A stretch of DNA of 64,000 nt from an uncultured delta proteobacterium (GCA_963804165.1 CAWDPO010000046.1:160001-224000); one strand, 5' to 3'. Positions 1-11,740 are shown, numbered from the stretch's first letter. Notes: generated by a model not told the origin, from the letters alone. A program made the numbers and translations.

Positions 1-113
1 AGAAACGGCTCCTCGTCGGCGATGAGAAACTGATTGAACTGGATGCCAAATTCGGGATGAAACGTGGAAATACGATAAACATTGGCGGCAATTTCCGTCA
101 CATGAGGTTCCAT
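1..113 (-). CDS. N-terminal part of an MBL-fold/flavodiiron-like protein, running off the window edge
   Basis: Manual translation [37 protein letters not shown]; AAGGAG RBS upstream. Confidence 0.6.
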   Translation of the reverse strand, partial: MEPHVTEIAANVYRISTFHPEFGIQFNQFLIADEEPF

Positions 114-295
114 GGGATGCTCCTTCTTAATGTTGACCGCGATCGAGCCAAGACATGTTAACACCCTTTTATTCTACCCTTTGAATAGCGCAATGCACGA
201 ATCTTTCAATACGATAAAAATAATCCAACCGAGTGACGCTAGACATTCTCCCAGGGACTGATTTAAGTTCCACGTCAGTGCAGATGAGCTGGTCC

Positions 296-1297
296 ATGAC
301 GAAGAAAAAGATGATCTTCGGCTTTATTTTGAGTTTGCTTATTGCCGACTGGGAGAGCGCCGGCGGGCAAATGACCAAGCTCGTGGTTGCCTATGCCTCG
401 CCCGCGGCGACTTTTTGTCCGGGATGGATCGCTAAACGGGAAGGAATTTTTGCCAAGTACGGCCTCGACGTCGAAATGGTGCTGATGCAAGGGGCATCGA
501 CGTATATGCCCGCGTTGGCCAGCGGCAATATTCAAGTGCTCTACGGCGGCGGCACGGCGGTGTCGCGCGCGATTGCGACGGGAGGTTTCGACGTTGTCGT
601 AATCGCCACCGAGACGCGTTACGTGCCGTTGCGGATGATGGTCAATGCATCGATTCAAACCCCCGCTCAGCTGAAGGGCAAAAGGCTCGGCGCCGGGCAA
701 GCCGGGCTCGACGAGTATGCCACGATTCTGTATTTGGAAAAAATTGGCTTGACTCCGAACAAGGACGTTCAGCTCGTCTATCTCGCGGGCGGCGTGCCGA
801 GCCGGGCAGCGGCAATGAAGCAAGGATTGATCGACGGTGTGGCGGTGAATCCACCCAACGAATACGAACTCGAAAAGGCCGGCTATCGTGAGCTGGCCAA
901 TTTCCTCGATTTCAAAATGCCCTATGCCGGCGTGCCGCACACGGTGAGTCGCGCTTTTCGCGACAAAAACCGTAAAGTCGTTGAGGATTACATGACCGCG
1001 GTGATTGAGGGCATGCAGATCTTTCGCACCAATCGGGAAAAGGCGTACAAAGCGATCTTCGAATTAACCCGGCAAAAAGATCCGGCGCTGCTCGAGCGCA
1101 CTTACGATTCCTATATGAAACAATACGACGCCATCGGCGGCGTGCCGCTACCGTGGGAGGCCGGCATTGAAAGCATGATCACCGGTTTTCACGAACGCTT
1201 TAACCCCCAGGGAATAAAAAATCGCGACGCCAAGCCCTATCTCGACCCATCGTTTGTGCAGCGCGCGGTGGAACGCTTAAAACTGCTCAAAAAATAG
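296..1297 (+). CDS. ABC transporter substrate-binding protein, NitT/TauT (NMT1/SsuA-like) family
   Basis: Signal-like N-terminus; WIAKREGIFAKYGLDVE and LKGKRLG motifs; ATG at 296 preferred over 233. Confidence 0.85.
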   Translation: MTKKKMIFGFILSLLIADWESAGGQMTKLVVAYASPAATFCPGWIAKREGIFAKYGLDVEMVLMQGASTYMPALASGNIQVLYGGGTAVSRAIATGGFDVVVIATETRYVPLRMMVNASIQTPAQLKGKRLGAGQAGLDEYATILYLEKIGLTPNKDVQLVYLAGGVPSRAAAMKQGLIDGVAVNPPNEYELEKAGYRELANFLDFKMPYAGVPHTVSRAFRDKNRKVVEDYMTAVIEGMQIFRTNREKAYKAIFELTRQKDPALLERTYDSYMKQYDAIGGVPLPWEAGIESMITGFHERFNPQGIKNRDAKPYLDPSFVQRAVERLKLLKK

Positions 1298-1515
1298 CGC
1301 ATGACGCCTTGCCCAAGCTCAGTGTGTTCGTGTCACGTGCTTGGGTGTCCGCCGCGATGTCAACCGAAGGAGGGCGGTTGCGGGTCACCCGCGCCGACGT
1401 CCCAAGACAGCCAACCTTGACGCTTTTTGCAGAGCGGTATAATAATCCACGGCGACCGGATTAGAGTAGTCGCGCCTGCAGTACACACCCCATGGCGTGA
1501 ACGCCACGCGCACAG

Positions 1516-2862
1516 CTAGTACTACTGTGTCATTAACGTTGATTCACTATGCAGCACGGACATCGATCCAGTTTTCTGACGATGTTGCAAGCGAGCACGA
1601 AGCGCAGGGTGGCGAGGGAATCGGGCACGTGGCGTTGCGCGCGCTGGGCTGCCGCGCGGGATGTAATCTTGGGGTAGGGAAGGTATTTTTGATCGAGTAG
1701 AATTTTTTTTAGAGCCGTCATGTTTAAGACGTTCCGCCAACAAGAAACCGTAGGCTGCAATGCACAAGGTGGCGTGATGATGAAAGCCACGCCAGCCCCG
1801 TCCCTCGTAGTGGCTCAGGCCCAATTCCTGTTTAAGCTCCTGATAGTCCCGTTCAATGCGCCAGCGCATCTTGGCGGTATTGACCAAATCTACCAGCGCG
1901 GTATCCGCGGGCAACGTCGACAGCCAATACTTGGTCGGTTGTGCTTGATCTACAGGCCATTCGATCAACAACCATTGTTGTGCGCGGGGGGCGCGAAGCC
2001 CCTCCTTATCCCGATGCGCAGCCCGCACTCGCACCGCGGCAAAGCGCGACGACAATTTCTCGTTAGTTCCCTCGCGCCAGACCACCGTGTGCCATCGGCG
2101 TGCGGTCAACGTTTCGCTCACCCCCTTCACACTGAGCGGTGTGGCGCCGGCCATACGCTGCCAGCGTGTCCGGGACGCCCGATTTTGTTCTTGCGCTTGG
2201 GGGGCAGCGGCCCCGTGCCTGCTGCCCATACCGTGGTGACCGATTGCACCCCCACACAATACTCTAACTCCATCTCACCCAGCGCTTCACGCCACGCTGT
2301 TTCATTGCCATAGCCCGCATCCGCCAGCACAATGCCGATGGCACTGCCCGCGGCTCTGGCCGCTCGGATCTGCTCGAGCGCAATTTGGGGCTTGGTCAGA
2401 AACTTCACTGCCAGAGGAACTCCCGACTTTTTGCGACGCCGCCGATCCTTAGCCCATTTCTCCGGCAAGTACAGCCGCCAGTCAATTGGCACGCTGCCAC
2501 GCTCGCTTGCCAACGACAGACTCACCGCCACCTGACCATTGTCCTGTTTGCCCAGTTGCCCGCAGTATTGCCGCGCTACTCCTACCGAGTGCTCGCCTTT
2601 CTTCGGAAATCCGGTATCATCCACGATCCAATAAAACTTGCTCTTGCCCCTAAGCATGGGCATCACCCAATCGCGCACACACGCCAAAACCGCTCTGTCC
2701 GACCACTCCGACTGCGCCACCAAGTGATGCAGCGATTGATGTTTCGCGCTCACGTGCAACGCATTGGTATGCGCCGCCAGGGGTTCCACGCTCTTACGTT
2801 CCAGGGGCAGAATCAACCCTCGGCTGTAATCGGCAAAACTGCCGCGGCGGTCGCGGTGGGCG
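1516..2862 (-). mobile_element. IS701-family insertion sequence remnant (frameshifted transposase, 5' end deleted)
   Basis: DDTGFPKKGEHSVGVARQYCGQLGK, LADAGYG and RWRIERDYQELKQELGL..YEGRGWRGFHHH motifs in ORFs 2127-2816 and 1522-2259; CTAG at 1516 next to the transposase stop. Confidence 0.9.
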
Positions 2863-5407
2863 GCGTATTATATCGTCCATCGCAGCGCTCGCCGCCGGCG
2901 CCAAGGCCCTAGGCTCGGGCGAGACCGTGCCGATCGCGCGCTCGCCGGTGTTCGAAATCGATGAAGTCAGGCGTGAACTCGAAGCGGCTTCAGCGAAGCG
3001 CAATGAAATGGAAGCGAGCTTGCGCCAAAACGAGGCACGGCTGCGCGCGATTATCGACGCTGAACCCGAGTGCGTCAAAGTCATGGCGCCGGACGGCAAG
3101 CTTCTGGATATGAACGCGGCGGGTTTACGCATGCTCCAGGCCGAGTCGCTGGAGTCGATCGCGGATAAAAGCCTTCTCGATTTCGTGCTCCCGGGACACC
3201 GCGAAGCCTTCAGCCACTTACACCAAAGGGTGATGAGCGGGGGAAGCGGCAGGTTGGAGTTTGAAATCGCCGGGCTCAAAGGCCGACGGCGCTGGCTCGA
3301 AACCTACGCGGTGCCTTTGCGCGACGGTGGCGGGGAAGTCACCGCTTTGCTCGGTGCGACTCGAGACATCACGGAGCGCCGGCGCGCCGAAGAGCAACTG
3401 CGCTATGAGCTTCAACTAATTAAAGGCATTACGGATAGCGCGACCGAGTGTGTCTTCGTCGCGGACGCCAGCGGCAAGCTTACATTTGCCAGTCCGGAAG
3501 CGGTTAGAACCTTCGGTTTCAGCCTGGACGAGCTGCTCGGTCAATCCATGCACGAGATGCTGCATCACAGTTACCCGGATGGACGCCCGTTCCCGAGGAA
3601 CGAATGCGGGATGGCCCGAACCCGGACCGCGGGCGTCTCAATAAAGAACCATGAGGACGTTTTCTTTCGTAAGGATGGCTCCCAAGTGATCGTCGAGTGC
3701 AGCAACGCGCCGGTGGAGATCGACGGACAACAGGTCGGCGCGGTGGCGATCGTACGCGACATCACCGAGCGCAAACGGACTGAAGAGGCGCTGCGCCGCG
3801 CCCACGGCGAGCTGGAGCAGCGCGTGCGCGAGCGCACGGCCGAGTTGACCCTGTCCAATACGTTGTTGCGCGAAAGCGAGGAACTGTTGCGCGCCATCCT
3901 CAACAATAGTCCAACGCCGGTTTTCATCAAGGATCCCGCGGGTAAATACCTACATGTGAACTCCCGATTTACAGAGGCGTTCGGGTTGGAATCAGAAAAA
4001 GTCGATGGCAAAACCGACAAAGAAATATTTTCCGCGCCGCAAGCCGAGGCTTTCACGGCGAGTGACCATAAAGTTCTGGAGGCGGGCCACGCCATGCAAT
4101 TCGAAGAAGTTGCCCTATACCGGGACGGCGCGCACACCAACATCGTGAATAAATTCCCGCTGCGGGATCGGGAAGGCAATATTTACGCGCTGTGCGGCAT
4201 CGCCACGGACATCACCGAGCGCAAACATGCCGAAGAAGCGCGCCGACAACTCACGGCGGAGCTGGATCAACGGGTCGCCGAACGGACTCGGGAGTTGGCC
4301 GACTCGCAGGCGCGCTTGCGCGCTTTAGTGGCCGAGCTCACTCGTGCCGAGGAGCGCGAGCGGCGACGGCTGGCCGTCGAGCTGCACGATTACCTGGCTC
4401 AAATGCTGTTGGTGAGCCGGCTGCAAATCGATCGCGCCGGCAGCCTAGCGGTAAGCGACGATCTAAAGGAGCTGTTGGCCGAGACGCAAAACTCCCTCAA
4501 CGATTCGATCCATTACACGCGCACGCTGATGGCCGAGCTCAGCCCCAGAGTGCTTTATGATTTTGGTTTCCCGCCGGCGCTGCGTTGGCTCGCCACACGC
4601 ATGGGCCGTCACGGATTGAGCGTGGAAATCGACGGCAGCGACGAACTTTCGCTCGCGGAAGATCAGGCGGTCTTCATATTTCAGTGCGTCCGGGAGTTAC
4701 TCTGGAACGTCGTCAAGCACGCGGCAACCAATAAAGCGACGGTGTCGTACCATGTGGAACGGGAAGAACTCACGGTGGTCGTCGCCGATTATGGCAAGGG
4801 TTTTGATCCCACGATTTTATACAACACCGATAACGAGTCGGGTCAATTCGGCCTCTTTAGCGTACAGTCGCGGGTAGAGATGGTGGGCGGACGATTTGCG
4901 GTGCGCTCGTCCCCGGGTCAGGGGACTCACGTGACATTGACGTTGCCGCGGGTTTCATCGGCATATGAAAAGCCGGCCACGGCGTCACCCGAGCCACAGC
5001 CCACGTCGCACGAAGCCGGCAAACCTATCCGGATTGTGCTGGTCGACGATCATCAGATGATGCGCCAGGGGCTGCGCTCAGCTCTAGAGGGACACCCGGA
5101 GATTGTCATCGTCGGCGAGGCCGCGGATGGGCTTGCAGCCATCGCGGCGACGGAGCGCTTCGGGCCCGATGTGGTGTTGATGGATATCAATCTGCCGGAA
5201 ATGGATGGCATCGAAGCAACGCGGCGGATTTTGCAAACCCTGCCCTCGACGATCGTCATCGGGCTGTCATTTGATACCGACGAGTATGTGATTCATCAGC
5301 TAAAGACAGCGGGAGCCGTTGCTTGCGTCCCTAAAGAGCGCGCAATCGAAGATGTCTACCGAGCGATCATAGACGCGGTTCAGGGACGCCGACCGCGTTT
5401 CAACTGA
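2858..5407 (+). CDS. N-terminally truncated hybrid sensor kinase (partial HAMP, 3 PAS, HisKA_3, HATPase, REC)
   Basis: Three PAS repeats ending (R/T)DITER; ERRRLAVELHD H-box; NVVKHA, DYGKGF, GQFGL boxes; C-terminal receiver (VDDH, LMDINLP). The frame extends upstream of 2927 to the IS junction. Confidence 0.85.
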   Translation, partial: GRRIISSIAALAAGAKALGSGETVPIARSPVFEIDEVRRELEAASAKRNEMEASLRQNEARLRAIIDAEPECVKVMAPDGKLLDMNAAGLRMLQAESLESIADKSLLDFVLPGHREAFSHLHQRVMSGGSGRLEFEIAGLKGRRRWLETYAVPLRDGGGEVTALLGATRDITERRRAEEQLRYELQLIKGITDSATECVFVADASGKLTFASPEAVRTFGFSLDELLGQSMHEMLHHSYPDGRPFPRNECGMARTRTAGVSIKNHEDVFFRKDGSQVIVECSNAPVEIDGQQVGAVAIVRDITERKRTEEALRRAHGELEQRVRERTAELTLSNTLLRESEELLRAILNNSPTPVFIKDPAGKYLHVNSRFTEAFGLESEKVDGKTDKEIFSAPQAEAFTASDHKVLEAGHAMQFEEVALYRDGAHTNIVNKFPLRDREGNIYALCGIATDITERKHAEEARRQLTAELDQRVAERTRELADSQARLRALVAELTRAEERERRRLAVELHDYLAQMLLVSRLQIDRAGSLAVSDDLKELLAETQNSLNDSIHYTRTLMAELSPRVLYDFGFPPALRWLATRMGRHGLSVEIDGSDELSLAEDQAVFIFQCVRELLWNVVKHAATNKATVSYHVEREELTVVVADYGKGFDPTILYNTDNESGQFGLFSVQSRVEMVGGRFAVRSSPGQGTHVTLTLPRVSSAYEKPATASPEPQPTSHEAGKPIRIVLVDDHQMMRQGLRSALEGHPEIVIVGEAADGLAAIAATERFGPDVVLMDINLPEMDGIEATRRILQTLPSTIVIGLSFDTDEYVIHQLKTAGAVACVPKERAIEDVYRAIIDAVQGRRPRFN

Positions 5408-5459
5408 GAGCCGTTAGCGCTGCGTCCGTGCCGATCATGTCCGGCGCCATAGCTCGTGA

Positions 5460-6458
5460 TCAGCGCTTTTTGTATAACCCGTCGATATAGCCGCTTTGAT
5501 CCAGCTCTCGGATGAAACTCGAATCGACGAAGTCCTCGGGTTTGCCGGGTTTGCCTTTCGCCTCGGTCGCGAGAATTGTCTTGATCCCTTCGAGAGAGGG
5601 ATATTGCTTTCTGGCAGCACCGATTCGCTCAGTAGATTTTCCCAGGTTTTTTCCAGCACGTCGCGATCGACGGTCCGGCCGATAAACCGCGCCAGCGCTT
5701 TGATGGAGGCTTCTTTGTCGGTATAGATGCGATGCACGGCCTCCACTTGCGATTTGACATAGCGTCTGACGATGTCCGGATGCTCTCGTATATATTTCTT
5801 TGTGGTTGCCGCGGCGGTGTGTTGGTAAACCAGCCCGAGCTTGGGAAGGTCAGCCAAGATATTCATACCGCGCTTTTGCGCGATGATACTGGCCGGCGGC
5901 TGGACCACCGTCGCTTGAACTCTCCCCGTAAGTGCGGCATCCACGCGCGCCGTGGTGCTGCCGATCTGCACGATCGTGACATCTTTCCCCGGAACCAAAC
6001 CGATCTTGGACAGTGCATAGCGCGCGATGAAATCGGACGACGACCCGAAGCGGCTGATCGCCACCGTGCCTCCCTTGAGTTGTTCCGGCGTTTTAATTTC
6101 AGAGCGGGACAGCAAGTAATAATTGAGAGACGTGACGCCGCCAAGAATAAGGGTGGCGTCCGAGCCGGCCATGACTGAGTTCACGACGGCGGGGCCGGCC
6201 AATTGAGCGATCGGCGTATCCGCCGACACCAGCGCCATCACCGCCGTGGTTCCACCGGTGAAGAAGACCAGCTGGACGTCAAGCCCGTTTTTTTCAAAAA
6301 TGCCGGCATCCTTGGCGACCCAAGCAGGGAGCGCGTCGCCGCTGATGGCGCTATAGCCGACGTTGATCCTGGTCGTCTGGGCTTGCGCCAAAGCGCTGGA
6401 AAGAACGACCAGGCACAGAACCGATGAGTGCAGTTTTTACGAGAACGGTTTTTTTCAT
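5460..6458 (-). CDS. ABC transporter substrate-binding protein, NitT/TauT family (two apparent frameshifts)
   Basis: WVAKDAGIFEKNGLDV motif; signal peptide MKKTVLVK.. and C-terminus QYPSLEGIKTI..FVDSSFIRELDQSGYIDGLYKKR lie in other frames (shifts near 6420 and 5610). Confidence 0.8.
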
Positions 6459-6672
6459 CTGGGGGATTCCTTTCCTCTAGAGAGGATTCTTTGCGAGTTG
6501 CTTTACGTCCGTGGGCATTGCTTGGAGAAGAGCTATTTAGCAACGTCACGGATTGCCGCGTCATACGTCGCATCGTGTAAAATTCTTCAATGGGTTCGCT
6601 CTGTTGCTTTATCGGCCTAGGCTAGCTACAAAATAGGCAACCTTCCTATACCCTTATTACAAGGAGCACTCA

Positions 6673-9367
6673 ATGGCACAGAAGTACGTGGACAGTTTCG
6701 GCGCTCGTCAAGCGCTTAAGGTTGACGGCGAGAGCTACGATATTTTTCGGCTCGATCAATTGGAAAAGGCCGGGTTCAAAAACATCTCGCGTTTACCGGT
6801 CTCCCTAAAAGTTCTGCTGGAAAATTTGCTCCGCCAGGAAGATAATCATCACGTCGACAAAGCCGATATCGCGGCGCTAGCCAACTGGGATCCGCAGGCG
6901 AAGCCGCACAAAGAGATCGCCTTCATGCCGGCGCGCGTGCTGATGCAAGACTTGACGGGCGTCCCTGCGGTGGTTGACTTGGCGGCGATGCGCGAAGCGA
7001 TGAAACAGCTTGGCGGTGATCCCAAGAAAATCAATCCGCTTGCGCCGGTGGACCTGGTGATCGACCACTCCGTGCAGGTCGATTTCTTCGGTTCCGCGGA
7101 CGCGTTCTCCAAGAATTCCGAGATCGAATTCGAGCGTAACATCGAGCGTTACGCTTTTTTGCGGTGGGGACAGACCGCCTTCGATAATTTCCGGCTCATT
7201 CCACCGGACACCGGGATCTGCCATCAGGTCAATCTCGAGTATCTCGCGCCGGTGGTTTTTCGCGCGAAAAAAGACGGCGCCCATTTCGCTTATCCCGACA
7301 CGGTGGTCGGCACCGATTCGCATACGACAATGATCAACGGTCTGGGCGTCGTCGGCTGGGGCGTCGGCGGGATCGAAGCGGAAGCGGCGCTGCTCGGGCA
7401 ACCGATCATCATGCTGGCGCCGGAAGTCATCGGCTTTAGACTCCATGGCAGGTTGCCTGAGGGAGCGACGGCGACAGATCTCGTGCTCACCGTGGTGCAG
7501 ATGTTGCGGAAGAAAGGCGTCGTGGAAAAATTCGTCGAGTTCTACGGCCCGGGACTTTCCAGCTTGAGCCTGGCCGACCGCGCGACGATCGGCAACATGG
7601 GCCCCGAGTACGGCGCGACCGTCGGTTACTTTCCGGTGGACGCCGAGACCTTGCGCTACTTGGACCTCACCGGTCGCGACCCGCACCTGATCCAACTCGT
7701 CGAGGCCTATGCCAAAGAGCAAGGAATGTTTCGCACCGATGCGTCGCCCGATCCGATGTTCAGCGACACGCTGGAACTCGATCTCGGGAGCGTGGTGCCC
7801 AGCTTGGCCGGACCGCGACGGCCCCAGGATCGCGTGCCGCTCACAGAAAGCAAGAAAGCATTCAAAGAAGCTCTGCCGTCCTTAATAAAGAGCGGCGACG
7901 TAAACAAAAGCGTCGCTGTGCAAATGAACGGCGATAAGTTCAACTTAACGCACGGGTCGGTCGTGATCTCCGCCATTACAAGCTGCACGAATACGTCAAA
8001 TCCGTCCGTGCTGATCGGCGCCGGCCTTTTGGCTAAGAAAGCCGTCGAGAAGGGATTGACAAGTAAACGTTGGGTGAAAACCAGCTTGGCGCCGGGATCG
8101 AAAGTCGTCACGGAATATTTAAAAGATAGCGGTCTGCTGCCCTACTTGGAAAAAATCGGGTTTCACCTCGTCGGTTACGGCTGCACGACCTGTATCGGCA
8201 ACAGCGGGCCGCTGCCCGAGCCGGTGGTTGCCGCTATCCAAGAAGGCGATCTCGTCGCCGCCGCCGTGCTCTCAGGCAATCGCAATTTCGAAGGGCGCAT
8301 TCACGCCAACGTGCGCGCCAATTATTTAGCTTCGCCACCGCTGGTTGTCGCATACGCGCTGGCGGGCAGCATGGACGTCGACCTGTATAACGACCCGCTC
8401 GGGCACGATCCCGCGGGGAAGCCGGTGTATCTTAAAGATATCTGGCCGTCGCCGCAGGAGGTCAATGAGACCATGCGCAAATCGGTGCGCCAGGAGATGT
8501 TTAAGAAAGAATATGCCCAAGCCACCGAAGGCGACGCGCAATGGAAAAAAATGCCGGTGCCCCAAGGCGAACTGTTCAAATGGGACATGCAGTCGACGTA
8601 CGTGCGCCAGGCGCCGTATTTTGAGGGCATGTCAAAAACTCCCAGCGAGCCCAAACCCATTCATCGGCGCGCGGGTACTGGCGCTGCTCGGCGACTCGGT
8701 GACGACGGATCATATTTCGCCGGCGGGCGCCATCGAGAAAAACGGTCCAGCCGCGCGCTACCTGACCAACAATGACGTGCTGCCCAAAGATTACAACCAG
8801 TACGGCGCGCGCCGCGGCAATCATGAAGTCATGATGCGCGGCACGTTCGCCAATATTCGTCTCAAGAATATGCTGGCTCCGGGGACAGAGGGCGGGGTCA
8901 CCATCCATCTGCCCGACAAGAAGCAAATGTCGATCTACGACGCGGCGATGCAATACCAAAAGGAAGGCACGCCGCTGGTGGTTATCGCGGGCAAAGAGTA
9001 CGGCACCGGTTCGTCGCGCGACTGGGCGGCGAAGGGTCCGCGGCTGCTCGGTATCAAAGCCGCGATTGCCGAAAGCTTCGAGCGAATTCACCGCAGCAAC
9101 TTGATCGGCATGGGCATCGTGCCGCTGGTGTTCAAGCCGGGAGAAAATCTCAAGACACATAATCTGACAGGGTTTGAGAAGTTCGATATTCTCGGCATCG
9201 GTCCGGGGTTGAAGCTGCGCCAAGAACTGACGGTTAAAGCGACGGCCGACGACGGCAAGGTCGCCGAGTTCAAAGTGATTTGCCGCATCGACACACCAGC
9301 GGAGCTGGATTACTATCGGCACGGTGGGATTCTGGAATACGTGTTGCGACAGTTGTTGCAAAACTGA
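6673..9367 (+). CDS. acnA: Aconitate hydratase A (one frameshift near 8660)
   Basis: [46 protein letters not shown]; second frame continues [26 protein letters not shown]. Confidence 0.95.
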
Positions 9368-9447
9368 TTGCAACTAAGGTTTCGGTTCCTAGTTTCGAAT
9401 TCCTAGTTGATTAGAAACCAGAAAGACGGCACTAGAATCTTACTGTA

Positions 9448-10362
9448 ATGACGAGAAGAGAAGCGCTGGCGAAATTGGGGAAAACCTCGCTGGCGCTTTT
9501 TTTTGCCGATTCAATTGCCTGCGGCGATGGAACTGCCGCTGAAAGGACCGCAATGGCGACACCGGATTTCATTGGGAAGTTCACGGCTAATAATCCCGGC
9601 ATTATGACGCTGCAAGGAACCAATCAATACATTGTCGGCAAGGAGACCGGCTTGGTCATCGACGTCGCTTTGAGCGAGGATTCCAATATGGACGGTATCA
9701 TCGAGCAAGCCGAGGCGATGGGTGTGAAAAAGATCGAGAAGATCTTACTCACGCATATTCATAACGACCACTGTGGCGGCGCGCTGGCTCTGCGGAAACG
9801 CTGCGGCGCCAAGCTCGGCATTCATCGCTCGCGCAAAGGCTATCTCGGCGGCGAGGACTTTCAATACGACGACAACGACCGGATCTCATTTGGCGAAGGG
9901 GAATTAAACGTCCTGCACACCCCTGGTCACGAATCGGGACATTGCTGCTTCTATGAGTCAAGCGACAAAGTGCTGTTTAGTGGCGATAACATTCTTGGTT
10001 ACGGCACGGCGGTGATTCATCCGCCCGACGGCAATATGACGGATTATCTTAAATCGCTCGAGCGCCTGTTAGGGTTCGACATCAGCTTAATTCTGCCAGG
10101 CCATGGGCCGCTGATCGGCAAGGCCGAAGCGAAGATCCGCGAGTACATCAAGCATCGTCTGGAAAGAGAGCAACAGGTGATCGCTGCGCTACGGAGCGGG
10201 CAAAGCACCATCGGCGATATAACGCAGAAGATCTACGCCGACGTGTCCGCCGCGCTGCAACGGGTGGCGGAATTTTCCGTTCAAGCGCATCTTGAAAAAC
10301 TCATGCGCGAAGGCCGAGTGAAGAAAGAAGACGCGCGCTACCTGCTCGTCAGTGAAAATTAA
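9448..10362 (+). CDS. MBL-fold metallo-hydrolase, LACTB2-like (alternative start 9553)
   Basis: NPGIMTLQGTN, THIHNDH, HTPGH, SGD, PGHG motifs; C-terminal winged-helix-like tail. Confidence 0.85.
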   Translation: MTRREALAKLGKTSLALFFADSIACGDGTAAERTAMATPDFIGKFTANNPGIMTLQGTNQYIVGKETGLVIDVALSEDSNMDGIIEQAEAMGVKKIEKILLTHIHNDHCGGALALRKRCGAKLGIHRSRKGYLGGEDFQYDDNDRISFGEGELNVLHTPGHESGHCCFYESSDKVLFSGDNILGYGTAVIHPPDGNMTDYLKSLERLLGFDISLILPGHGPLIGKAEAKIREYIKHRLEREQQVIAALRSGQSTIGDITQKIYADVSAALQRVAEFSVQAHLEKLMREGRVKKEDARYLLVSEN

Positions 10363-11740
10363 CCTGCCGTCGAGCAGACTCGAACCGAACGGCTGGCGCC
10401 TCGGGTTCGATTTCGAGATCCCGCCACGCCTCTTCAGCGAGCTCGGTGAGACGGTCTCCTGACGGGGCTTGCAGCGCCAACACGTTAGAACCGCGCGCTT
10501 GCAGCAGCCACACGCGACCGTCCCGCTGGGTCGCGATTCGGGTGCGGAGTTGTACTTGCCCCAGGGTATCGAAACGCACGCCCTGGCGGCTTTCGAGAAC
10601 CTTGCAGTAAGCCTCGAGAAACTCTTCTGCGCTGGTTTCGTTGCGCCACGAGCTGAACCAGAAAATATAGAACAAGTCATCATTCCGAAACGAGAAAAGC
10701 TGGTCGCCACGCCACGCGCTTGCCGTTTCGGCGGCGGACTTCGGAGCGTATTTGCTTCGCAGCAGCGCGCCGATCAACGATTCGCCGAAGCTTTGCTCGA
10801 CGATCGGCCGATTGTTGAATCGACGGAGCAACGCTGCGGGGAAAAAACGCAGCGGCTGTTCGCGCTGAACAAAATATTTCTCCGGGTGGAGAACTTGCGC
10901 GGTCGTGCTTGGAGGATTGGCATAGAGGCCGTTGACCCCTGGCCAGCCTTTCGCCGCAAACGCCCAATAAACATATTGGCTCCCGTCGCGATACGGGAAG
11001 CTGACTTGCTCACGCAAAAAATCCGGCAGGCGCGCGGCCAACTTGTCAATTTCCGCTGCGACTTGAAGCATGACCCCAAGCTGCGGATCCGAGAGTTTGC
11101 GGTTGTCTGGTCGAGCGGCGCGGCTCACTGCCGTAAGCAGGGCGTCGCCGTCGCCGACCGCGCGGAGCGCCGCGCGACGATCCTCGAACACAGTGGAGTC
11201 GACTCTGTCGCGCCAACTGAACCGTTGTTCTTGCAGCGCCCGCGCAATGGCGACGACGACGGGCAACTCGCGAGCGGTGGCCGGATTGATTTTCTCATAC
11301 GGTGCGCCGAGGCGGTTTGCGTCGGAGGATACGCTGATCGTGCCTTTCGCGTGGTCGTACCTGATCAAGTGAAGTATTTTTTCATATTCCGCCAAAGCGT
11401 TGGTTAGATCGACGTCGTTAGACAACAGGCCGATGCTCTTATACACCCATTCAATTTCCGGGATTGACACCGAGCCGTAATGCTCAGTTGGAGCCATCTG
11501 CGCTGTAATTTTGCTCGCTTGAGCGGCTCCGATTTCGAGTTGCAGTGTCCGATTGAGCGGCAGTTCGCGCCATTCCGCCACGCTCTTGGTCAATTCACCA
11601 AACGCGTCTGGCGAGGGATAAGTTACTGGCTCCGGCGACAAGCAGCCGGCGAGCGCGGCAAAAACAAGCAGCAGTTGGCTCCGTAATTTGATCAAGCGAC
11701 GAAACGTTATTAGGTTTTTTAGCGGATTCCGTTCATCCAC
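10349..11740 (-). CDS. Putative lipoprotein, zincin-like with degenerate metal site
   Basis: Lipobox LAGC; ALQEQ, AVGDGDA, FPYRDG, NPPSTTAQVLHPEKY, WRGD motifs. Confidence 0.6.
   Translation of the reverse strand: MDERNPLKNLITFRRLIKLRSQLLLVFAALAGCLSPEPVTYPSPDAFGELTKSVAEWRELPLNRTLQLEIGAAQASKITAQMAPTEHYGSVSIPEIEWVYKSIGLLSNDVDLTNALAEYEKILHLIRYDHAKGTISVSSDANRLGAPYEKINPATARELPVVVAIARALQEQRFSWRDRVDSTVFEDRRAALRAVGDGDALLTAVSRAARPDNRKLSDPQLGVMLQVAAEIDKLAARLPDFLREQVSFPYRDGSQYVYWAFAAKGWPGVNGLYANPPSTTAQVLHPEKYFVQREQPLRFFPAALLRRFNNRPIVEQSFGESLIGALLRSKYAPKSAAETASAWRGDQLFSFRNDDLFYIFWFSSWRNETSAEEFLEAYCKVLESRQGVRFDTLGQVQLRTRIATQRDGRVWLLQARGSNVLALQAPSGDRLTELAEEAWRDLEIEPEAPAVRFESARRQVNFH

Noticed and set aside
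8640-8680. Programmed frameshift or split gene in acnA
   Set aside because: No slippery heptamer or stimulatory structure seen; similar indels are common in this window, so an error or mutation is more likely.
9375-9440. Heptamer-like repeats (also at 30650-30730) as a CRISPR array
   Set aside because: Short, degenerate and inverted, with no repeat-spacer periodicity and no cas genes.
10469-11407. Long antisense ORFs (also 6877-7722, 8576-9373, 30096-30848, 44958-46088)
   Set aside because: Shadow ORFs opposite well-supported genes in GC-rich DNA, with no recognisable motifs.
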